Position numbers and translations under genes: made by a program. A DNA stretch of 40,123 bases from an uncultured Candidatus Poseidoniales archaeon. GTDB lineage: Archaea > Thermoplasmatota > Poseidoniia > Poseidoniales > Thalassarchaeaceae. The notes under the pieces were generated by a model. It was not told where the DNA came from, made no database searches, and saw nothing but the letters and a program-made list of their open reading frames with translations. Numbering within the stretch: the first letter of the stretch is position 1; every line of letters starts with the position of its first letter. Where the stretch lies: the NCBI GenBank assembly GCA_964645485.1, contig CAZXZO010000003.1:62357-102479 (forward strand), given 5' to 3'. Positions 1-9,500 of this stretch are shown one piece after another.

Positions 1-23
1 GTTTGAATTTTCGTACCCGAAAA

Positions 24-57
24 CGCTCACCTTAGGAAACAAAATTATTGGTGAGCG
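24..57 (-). terminator. Possible terminator-like hairpin downstream of tRNA-Gly
   Basis: Perfect 8-bp inverted repeat CGCTCACC (24-31)/GGTGAGCG (50-57) with an 18-nt AT-rich loop, followed by TTTT on the minus strand, about 40 nt downstream of the tRNA 3' end. Confidence 0.3.
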
Positions 58-98
58 GGTCAGGTGAGCGCACCGATAAAAATCTGATAAAACCGAGG

Positions 99-169
99 TG
101 CGCTCGCCGGGATTTGAACCCGGGCGAAGAGGTTGGAAACCTCTGATGCTACCCCTACATCACGAACGC
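99..169 (-). tRNA. tRNA-Gly (anticodon TCC), no encoded CCA
   Basis: Reverse complement GCGTTCGTGATGTAGGGGTAGCATCAGAGGTTTCCAACCTCTTCGCCCGGGTTCAAATCCCGGCGAGCGCA folds as a cloverleaf: acceptor GCGTTCG/CGAGCGC, anticodon arm AGAGG-TTTCCAA-CCTCT, T-loop TTCAAAT. 71 nt, no intron. Confidence 0.95.
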
Positions 170-247
170 GTAGCCCGCCGACATACCTATCAGACTTAAC
201 CGCGTCTATGGGAGGCTTGATGTTTAGTAGCCCCCGCACCTCAAATT

Positions 248-466
248 ATGAGAGGGCGAAACTGGGTTGGAGTCGCTTTCATCTTTCTCTTTCTGCCCGT
301 TAACGTACCACTTTGGGATATCGCTTTCGAAAAACTAGATATTGATATTATGGCCGTTTTCATAACACCACTACTGTTTCTATTTGGTATATTGCTTGTA
401 TTCTATCCAAGTAGAAAGGATCGATACCAAACCATTCCATCAAACCAAATCAACGAGGAGGAGTGA
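248..466 (+). CDS. Small hypothetical membrane protein (72 aa, two hydrophobic segments)
   Basis: Two hydrophobic stretches (WVGVAFIFLFLPVNVPLW; IMAVFITPLLFLFGILLVFYP). The stop abuts the next gene's start, suggesting translational coupling. Confidence 0.6.
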   Translation: MRGRNWVGVAFIFLFLPVNVPLWDIAFEKLDIDIMAVFITPLLFLFGILLVFYPSRKDRYQTIPSNQINEEE

Positions 467-2793
467 AAATGAGGAAAATCATTGTAATTAGCCTCGTTTT
501 GGTATTTTCAACCTTTGCCTTACCACTGGCTACTGCTCAAGAAGATGTGCTTCCACCTGATGTTGATTATGAGCCAGAAATACGCATGACTACATTATTT
601 GCGTATAGCCAAGATACTCTATCTCCTGAATTCGTTGAGCGAACCGAAATGTACACTCATAATTTTGGATTTGGATTTGGTTCTGGGCCATCCAATGGGC
701 CAACTTTTACCACACCTAATTTTGTCCGTGATGCCCCAATTGGTAGCGAATCTTGGAATTTCTCACTTTGGGCAAGTGGAAGCGGCCAAGTTGATATTGA
801 CCTCTTCCTGTTCATTGATGGTACTGAATTAGACCAAGTAAATAGCGGTGGAATATCATTATCTGAAGAAAAACAACGTATTGATTTCACTGGAGGGAAT
901 TTACCAGATAACATTTCAATTGACCAAACTCTTTCAATCCGGTGGACGGTAAACAGCGGTGCTCTCCCACTCTTAGAGACTAGTGAATGCACAATCCACT
1001 GGGGCTCAATTGAAACCCCTACTAATCTAACAATCTCTGCTGGAATGTACCAAATTGATGACCCTTACCTAGAGAACGAAGGAACCCCGTTTAGAGGTGA
1101 TGGTGAGAACTATTCTCGAAGTGAGGTGGTTTGGGCGGTTCAAGCAAGGTGGGCTCTTGGTGAAGAACAGTTGGCGAAAGAAACCATAACTTTGCACGCT
1201 AGTGATGGCGGAAATGAACTAATGCTTCTACCGACAGGAGAAGGGATAAAATCTGATACTGGGATTTACCGTTGGGAAATTGAAGAATGGCATGATGGCG
1301 TGGTCATCTCTGCTCATGTGATGTGGAACGATTCTACAGGCAACCATGGGATGACCAATCAGGTGGTTGAAATGATGGACCCGAAGGGACCTAGTATCCT
1401 CAGTAGTAGCCTAAAATCGACATTATTCTTTTTGACTATTCCGCTTCTAATAGGAGTTGGAATCTGGCTAAAGGGGAGATATCACACTCTTGAAGAAAAG
1501 GGAAAGGAACTGGGTCACGGACCTCGTGAAGAAGGTGATTTAAAACGCCTAGTTCTAGCAACCACATTTTTGATTGCGGGGATTAACAACGCTCTTATCC
1601 TCTACACTTTCCACACCCGGGAGTTGGGTGCCTCTGAGGATATTGTGATTCTACATCTCTGTTTGCTGGCATTTGCGCTAGGTGTATTTGGGCTTCTTTG
1701 GGGCGCAATTGCTGATAAATTCGGTCACCGAAAGCAATTGATGGCTTTTGCAATCATTGGTTCAGCTTTACTGATGTTAACTTTCCCATTCCTGCCACTT
1801 GAGGCTTACATTTTTGCTTCAACATTACAGATTGCCCTATTTTCTGCGGTCCGAATGGCGGTTGCTGTTGGCACAGAATGGTATCCTGAACAAAAGGGTG
1901 AATTCCTTGGAGTGCTGTATGCATTCGCTTCATTTGCAGCCGCAATCGGCTCGATGTTATGCAGTAAATTGTATGTCGCTCTATTACCAACCAGTAGCAC
2001 ATTTGCGATGTTAGGAATTGTTGGAGTATCCGTACCTGCCCTACTAATGGGTGCTTACATGATTTTACAATTCAAAGGAGATGAATTTTCATGGCCTGTT
2101 TGGATGTTGAAAGGAGACAAAAAACCGGATGTTGTCAAGTTATCATTTTCGGAAAAATTGGAAATGTTTAGCGGAATGTTTCGATTTGAAAGTAAATGGG
2201 CACTTATCTGTCTGTTCGGTGTAATCCTTGTTGCAATCCCTCGAGGTGCTGTTGTTCTAACTGCTTTACGATACCTTGAGATTGTTGGCTTTGATGTAGA
2301 CTTCACCGGCCTATTAGAAGCATGGGCAGTGATTGCAGTACTCATTTTGTACGCAGTGATTGGCAAAGTTTGCGATGATCGGGGAGCACAAACGGTTCTG
2401 CTTTGGTCAGCAGCAGCATATGGAACTCTCTGGTCTATCTTCAGTATCGGTCTTCCACCTATGATTGCGGTGCTCATATTTATGGTTCCAATTTACCCGA
2501 TGCTACTAGTTTCAAATGATGCTTTGATTGCAAAATTCACAAATGAAGAAGAGAGAAATCGTGGAATTGGCATGGCAAGCCTTGTTGCGTTCTTAGGCCA
2601 ATCTATCGGAATCCTTGCTGGATTCTTCGCAATGGGATACCTCATAAGTTCTGGAAAAACAGATCTTATTGCTTACGAAACATTCTACAAAGCAAATGTG
2701 CCTCTTTGGATAATTGCAATTAGTTTCACGTATTGGCTTGCGAAGCGTATTGATAGTAACGAAAGTGTGATTGATGCTGAGATTAGTGAGTGA
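463..2793 (+). CDS. Fusion: signal peptide + ~300-aa extracytoplasmic domain + C-terminal MFS transporter
   Basis: N-terminal MRKIIVISLVLVFSTFALPLATAQE signal peptide, then an acidic soluble domain, then many TM segments with MFS motif A (WGAIADKFGHRK) and its C-half counterpart (GKVCDDRGAQ). True start is probably ATG 469 after GAGGAGG. Confidence 0.8.
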   Translation: MKMRKIIVISLVLVFSTFALPLATAQEDVLPPDVDYEPEIRMTTLFAYSQDTLSPEFVERTEMYTHNFGFGFGSGPSNGPTFTTPNFVRDAPIGSESWNFSLWASGSGQVDIDLFLFIDGTELDQVNSGGISLSEEKQRIDFTGGNLPDNISIDQTLSIRWTVNSGALPLLETSECTIHWGSIETPTNLTISAGMYQIDDPYLENEGTPFRGDGENYSRSEVVWAVQARWALGEEQLAKETITLHASDGGNELMLLPTGEGIKSDTGIYRWEIEEWHDGVVISAHVMWNDSTGNHGMTNQVVEMMDPKGPSILSSSLKSTLFFLTIPLLIGVGIWLKGRYHTLEEKGKELGHGPREEGDLKRLVLATTFLIAGINNALILYTFHTRELGASEDIVILHLCLLAFALGVFGLLWGAIADKFGHRKQLMAFAIIGSALLMLTFPFLPLEAYIFASTLQIALFSAVRMAVAVGTEWYPEQKGEFLGVLYAFASFAAAIGSMLCSKLYVALLPTSSTFAMLGIVGVSVPALLMGAYMILQFKGDEFSWPVWMLKGDKKPDVVKLSFSEKLEMFSGMFRFESKWALICLFGVILVAIPRGAVVLTALRYLEIVGFDVDFTGLLEAWAVIAVLILYAVIGKVCDDRGAQTVLLWSAAAYGTLWSIFSIGLPPMIAVLIFMVPIYPMLLVSNDALIAKFTNEEERNRGIGMASLVAFLGQSIGILAGFFAMGYLISSGKTDLIAYETFYKANVPLWIIAISFTYWLAKRIDSNESVIDAEISE

Positions 2794-2798
2794 ATCTT

Positions 2799-3494
2799 CT
2801 AGGTCAAATCAGTTTTGTGGGCTAGAGCCACATGGGTTAGTTGACCAGCAAGAATTGGTCTCCATGCATGAACTAGATACGATTGAGAATTAATAGTGAT
2901 TACATTTTTTCCTAGTACCTCAAATGATTGAGGAGCTAGACCCATCCCAAGTCCTGTTGCTTTCTGAATTGCTTCTTTCATCACCCAAATTGAGTTGGTT
3001 AGAGTTTTTGCGGCATCTGAATCATGGTCCCAAGCAGTCTCTAGTTTTTCCAATTCATTTCCTGCTGCCATAAGTGGTAGCAAATTGCGTTGCCGAGTAT
3101 TATCTAGTTCCACATCAATTCCAACAGATAATTCAGTTGGTCCGATAATTGCGATAGCTACTCCACCACTATGGGATATAGAAATTGAAATCGGCTTAGG
3201 CCCAATTAAAATTGGTCTTCGAAATTCATCCCTCTTGATTTGATAATCCTCGACAACATACCCATTCTGTTGAAGAAGATGAGCAATTAGAAAACGACCT
3301 GCAGCATGTTCTTCTGCCCGCTTTGCAACTTTGAATGATTGTGCTTCTATTGGGTCTACGAAATGGAGATGGGAAATATCTGGTATTGGGTCTGTTGCTT
3401 CGGGGGTGCGGGTGTTCATCCAAACTGCGTGGAATTGGCCATAAATATTTCCTACAAGATTTAACTGAGTAGGAATAGAGGGTGGTTTCCACAT
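2799..3494 (-). CDS. 4'-phosphopantetheinyl transferase (Sfp-type)
   Basis: Motifs HAAGRFLI, SISISHS, VGIDVE and WVMKEAIQKATGLG (WxxKEA). Lies 28 nt downstream of the type I synthase on the same strand. Confidence 0.9.
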   Translation of the reverse strand: MWKPPSIPTQLNLVGNIYGQFHAVWMNTRTPEATDPIPDISHLHFVDPIEAQSFKVAKRAEEHAAGRFLIAHLLQQNGYVVEDYQIKRDEFRRPILIGPKPISISISHSGGVAIAIIGPTELSVGIDVELDNTRQRNLLPLMAAGNELEKLETAWDHDSDAAKTLTNSIWVMKEAIQKATGLGMGLAPQSFEVLGKNVITINSQSYLVHAWRPILAGQLTHVALAHKTDLT

Positions 3495-3522
3495 TCAATT
3501 CACCAATTGGAAATTCAATTTT

Positions 3523-6500
3523 TCAATTGCGATTCAACGTAAATGAATCGTCTTCTGAAATAGGTGCCATTCCCTTCAATCGAAGGCCCTTCATTGCCAC
3601 AATCGGTTTACCATCTTGATTGACAATTAAGCAATCGTGAATACTGACTCCGTCATCTTCGCTACCTTTCCTCAAAGAACGCATTCGGAGGGAATCCGTC
3701 TTTTCGGGAACTCTAATCAATTCGAGCATCTCAATTCCAACCGGTAATGATTGCAAACCATCGATTTCCATTGCTACCATTCCAGCATTCTGGAAACAGG
3801 CTTCGATTAACATAGGTTGAGCTTCTAATGTGACATCTCCTACAGAGAATTGGTCGGTGTTTGGTAATTGATGACGAGATAATGCAATACCATCCACACC
3901 ATACATCTCACCGATACTACATCCACCCAAAATTCCACCATGTGATTGGAATCTAGGACCGTGGAAGAATCGTTGGTAAACAAAATCTGACCCAAGGGAT
4001 ACACCTCCTCTTGAAGGAGTACCAATTGATGGTAACTTCAGCAATCCTCGGTCTGCCTCTTTCTTCAGCATTCTAACTAATCCTCTGTGATGTATTCTTG
4101 GTTCACCGAATACCTCTCCAGATTTGTTGATTAAATCGGATTCCAATCTGCATTTAACCCAGACATTTTCCGCGTTTTGATGCGAGTATTCAGCAACCAA
4201 TCTCAACTTCTGTTCTTCTTTAATCAATTTAATTGGTAAACCAAAGCGAACCCCTGCAAATCCAATTACTGAGCAAGGTGGCCACAACAATTGTGCTCCT
4301 TGAGAAAACATTTCTAGAGCCATCACACCAGGATGATACGGCACATCATCAATGGCATGGTCTTGTAAGAATGGGTAATTATTGACATCTATTGTACACT
4401 CATAGGATAGCGAATCAAATGGTTCGTGTGACACAACTTTGTCAACAAAAGGGAAGCGGTTTGCATCGGCTAGTAATTCTGAAACATCTAGAGGTAACCT
4501 TTGAGGAGGCTCTCTGTCAGACCCATCATCATTCAGAACTCCGAGACTTCCAGCAAGGACAACTCTGCGTTTCCCACCTCTCATAACTTCCTCAACAAAA
4601 AGTGATACACCTTGTTCTACAGAGACAGTCTCTATGCCTGCTTGCTCAAACACGCTTGCAATTGAGCCACGAGTAGCCATTCCAACATCTTGCCAACCAG
4701 TCCACGCTAGGGCAACACCGTGAGGTTCTGAATCGGTGTGTGCGAGGCGAGACATCTCGGCATCGAGAATACAATTTGCCGCAGCATAATCGGTTTGCCC
4801 TCCATTACCAAATCTTCCCGCAATCGAGGTGAAAGCACAACAATATCGTAATTCTGTACTGTGGTCTTTGGCGGCATTGAAAAGAGATTGCCAACCATCA
4901 ATCTTGACAGACAAAACTTTGCTAAAGGTATTCCAATCCTTATCAGCAACCATCTTGGAATCTTCAATTCCCGCTCCATGAATAATTCCAGTTATCTGTG
5001 AGCACTTTTTCTTCAACTTCTTGAGAACTTTTCGAACTTGGCTACTCACTGTCACATCACATGAGTGATAAGTTACTGAATTACCACTAGATTCGATATC
5101 TAACATGGTTTTATGAATATCAATTGAACGAACAATCTCTGACCATGCATTCTCCCAATCAACGATTGTAACTTTGACAGATTTCGAATCTGTTTGCATC
5201 TGTTCTCGTAACTCTAATTTCATTTTCTGCAAAGTTTCATCTGTTGCAGTGGCTAAATTTGAAAGAGAATCGTCAAGTTTGGTTCTTCCTAGTAATGCAA
5301 AGTGGCATCCTACATCCCTATTGGCTTGTGCTAGCCCGACAATACATGCGGCAGTCACTCCTGAACCGCCCCCTGATACAATGAACACATCATCTGATTG
5401 TAGTGACTTCGGCTCAGATTCATGGGCTTCGTCATAGATGCAAACCTGCCATCTTCTACCATCCCCGTCAATTCCGATTTCACGAGGCCCCATATGCTCA
5501 ATTTCGGCGAGAATTGTTGTCGCTAATTTATCTGCATCAACCAATAGTTCGGGCGCTACATCGATTGCTCTTGCCCGGATGTTTGGCCTTTCCCTACCAT
5601 AGGATTTGACTATACCATGCGCCCCAGCACCAAGAGGATTGAAGCGATGACCGCCATTTCCATGGCGGCCATCAAGTGCTGAAATTGAACATACAATTCC
5701 GTCACTACGGTTAGCCAACTTCGCATCTATTTGTTGGAGTACCCCAAATAACCCATGGCAAACCATCTGTGTTTGTTGTTGACTAGTAACCTCTGCCCAA
5801 GCAATCCCGGCTAAGGTGGAAGGAGCAGTGTGAATAACTCCTGCAACATCTAAATCATTGATTATGTCTCCAAATTGAGTGAGATGGTCTTGATTGCCTG
5901 GATCTAATCTGATGATATCGATTTCTCCATCTTTTTCAATTTTGATGTTTGAAGTTATACTTGGGTCTAACATCAATCTAACAGCTTCTGACCCACTAGA
6001 TTCAAGTTGCTCACAAATTGCGTTTCCAAGCCCCCACGAATCGTCAGTCACAATGATGTATGAGCCAGCCATATCTATTGGATGGGCCTCAGATTCATCT
6101 GCCTCCTCAACCTCAACGACGAGGCGAGTAACAGTGCTTTCAACAGGAGTTAATTGCGGCTCTGGTTCTATTATTTCCACTTCAGGTTCAACAGGAGTTG
6201 ATTGCGGCTGTGGTTCCATTACTTCCACTTCAGGTTCATCGGGAATCTCCTCGGGTTCTTCAGGTTCTTCAGGTTCATCAGGAATCTCGGATTGCTCAGG
6301 GTCAGAGTCTGGAGTTTGCTCACTGACTGATTCATCTCCACGCATTGAAACGATGTAGGAAATCATATGTGCAAGAGTAGGATAGTCACGCAATTGGAAT
6401 GAATCATCTACAGGCAAGGAAAAGTTTTCTCGGCATTCAGCCATTATTTCCGCTTGTTTTACTGTATCAATCCCCAACTCACCTTCTAAATCTTGATCTA

Positions 6501-9500
6501 ACTCTAGGAAATCTTCTGGATAACCCGTGTGCTTTACAACGATTGAAAGGACGCCTGACTCAACATCGCTATCGTTATTCTCTATACTTGGAGAATGGTT
6601 CACCACCGGCTCTTCGGGCAGAGTAGTACTCTTGGAGACTTGCTCCTCTTGTGTGTTTTGTTGTTCATCTCCATATCCCCCCATAGCAACGATATAACTA
6701 ATCATGTGGTTCAGTGTTGGGTGTTCACGTAACTGGAATGAGTCATCAACCGGTAAGGAAAATGTTTCTCTTAAATCAGCCATTATTTCTGCCTGTTTCA
6801 CTGTGTCAATTCCTAATTCGCCCTCTAAGTCTTGGTCTAATTCAATGAAATCGGTCGGGTAACCTGTGTGCTTTGCAACAGTTTCCACAACTTGCTGTTC
6901 AAGCCCATCAGGATGGACTCCAACAGTTGGTTCGGGAACTGTCTCAGTTTCTTGAACTGGAATCGAAGACTCTTCTGTGGGTGATTCGATTTTCTCCTCT
7001 TTGATTACAATTGGCTCGGGTTCATTGGATTCGGAAGTTGTAGATTTCGCATCAATGGATGCAGGCTTTGCATCTTGCTTGGAAACTCGCCATTCACTAC
7101 CTTCAACGCCACCTATCAATGATTCATCCGGAGCAATGTAAGCGACTAATTTTCGCTCCAACAATCGTAATTCAACGTCATCACCTGCTTGCTGAATTGC
7201 CCAATTCACCACACTCTCTCTATCAACACGGTTGAGAGTTCTAGCAATTCGTTTGAACATTGTTAGAGCAATTTGGCTACCAAATCCAGCAGCATGGCGA
7301 AGCATGTATTCAACATCATATTCTCCACCTTCTGAAAGTCGGAGATTTCCTAATGAAGGGTCTGGTTGTTTGAAGTTAGCAATTGGCGGCAATCTGCCTG
7401 ATGCTAATCCATACAATCCAGTGGCATCTTCTATGCCAACACCCATCGGATGACCTGTGAATCCTTTGGTATTGGTTATGATTAAACTGTCAGCAGATTC
7501 CTTAAAAGCTCCTCTAAGTGATTCAATTTCAGCGGCTGCTGAACCTCCCCGTGGTGGAGTAAATGGTTCATGTGACATGAAAGTCGTTTTCGGAGCGATT
7601 TCATGTCTATCTATTCCCCACCGGTTTTCCATATCGGTCACAAACTCATCGAAAGTTGAGGCTACATGTTCCACATCAAGTCTAGTAGGATGGAAGGCTG
7701 AGTTACCAATGTGACCGCCCAATAACTCAGCATAAGGAATAACTCCCCTATCATCTGCATGAGATGATTTCTCAAGTACAAAGGCAGCACCACCCATACC
7801 CAGCAACATACCGTTGCGTCTGCCATCAAATGGCAACGCTACTTCTTCCACTACATTGCCCATTGAATGGGCACCTGCAGCGGCGAAGCCTGCACCAATC
7901 CATTCCATCAAATCTTCACCGGTGGAATCATCACCGCTGATTACAATAACTCTGTCACAACGACCAGAATCTAGCCAATCCTCTGCGATTGCGAAGGCTG
8001 CTGGAGTGGATGCACATGCGTTGTTAATAGCAAGATTTGGACCGCGGGCGCCTATCCATTGAGCGAACTGTGCGTGACCCATCGTCAGAATTTGAAGTAA
8101 GAATTTTCTATCGAAAGTACCGTTCTCATCAGCCCCATTATTCAGAGCGTGTCGCATGGCCATGGCTATTCCGGGAAATACCGAGGCGAACACAACCCCT
8201 GTTCTTTCACGAATTGAGTTAGGGAGATTCCACCCTCTCACTAATCTCTTACCTGCACTACTGACCTGTTCAACAGGCAATAATGGAAGTGCTGCATCTT
8301 TGAGAGCCTCCAATCCTGCGGCAAATGAAAGGGAAGTAGAAACATCCATTGCCGCCACTATTTTGGGGTCGATCCCATATTGCTTTGCCAAATCAAAGTA
8401 ACCACCAACGCCTGCTAATTGAGGTATCGTAGCAAAGGAATCACATGGTACGAATTCTGCTCTGCCATCTGTGTGCTTAACGATTCTAACCATATTTTTG
8501 TCGAGTAAACGCTGCTTGACATCATCAGGTAATTCGGTTATGAAATTCTCTCCAGCAATAATTCTCTCTAATGCATCTGGCTCAAAAATTTCATCCATAC
8601 CGGGGAGACCAAGGCTCACTCCGGTCACAACATAGGGGTTGATTCTTCTCTCTGCATGAGGATCAGAAGACACTACAACAGTACTTGCTCCTTTCACTTT
8701 TTGAGAAACAGTATATCCACTCGGGGGAGAGACTACCCATTCATTTAGGGAAACTAATGTTGTTAATTGGCTCGGGTCAGCCGGGCCTGATACAGATGCT
8801 TCAGATGCTATACTTGCTAGAAATTCGGGTAAGGCCTCATCTGAAATTCCAAGCGCTGAAAGATGGAGTTCACCTTTTATCAGACGGGATGGATAGCCGG
8901 TAATTTCTGAAATTCGGCTTGCTAGGTATCCCTCCTTGTCAACCACCTGTTGTACAACCTGGTGGCTATCACCAATTGCAATTGATTGTGATTGATTATT
9001 GTGAGATGCTTCTACTTGATTACTATCTGAGGAAGTGGATGGAAGCGGTCGAGAGCGGACTCGTAATTCTTCCATCTCTTCACTATTGATTGAACCACTG
9101 CTTCCAACTCCATTTTGTTGCCACACCTCCAAAGGCCCAGCCCTGAACCCTTCAGTGAGACGGTTTGAATCGCCTTGGTGCATTGATGGTAATCGTCCTG
9201 AAAGAGCACATACTGTTAGGGAAGATAGGAATGATGCTACTCCTCCCACCTTCGGGTGATTTGTGTTGGTAATTACCTTAGACCTTTTTTCGAGAATTTG
9301 TTCAGCGAAAAGTGCCAATGCTCGCTTAGGTCCTACCTCAATGAATAAGCGGCCACCTTGGCGATACATCTCTTCAATTTGTTGAGTCCATTCTACTGCA
9401 GATGACATCTGTGGTGCTAATTGATTCAGGATAGCATCGTGAACTGATTCACCATCTTTCAGGTTTTCAGGATAGAATTTCCCATCATAGTTTGCTGTAA

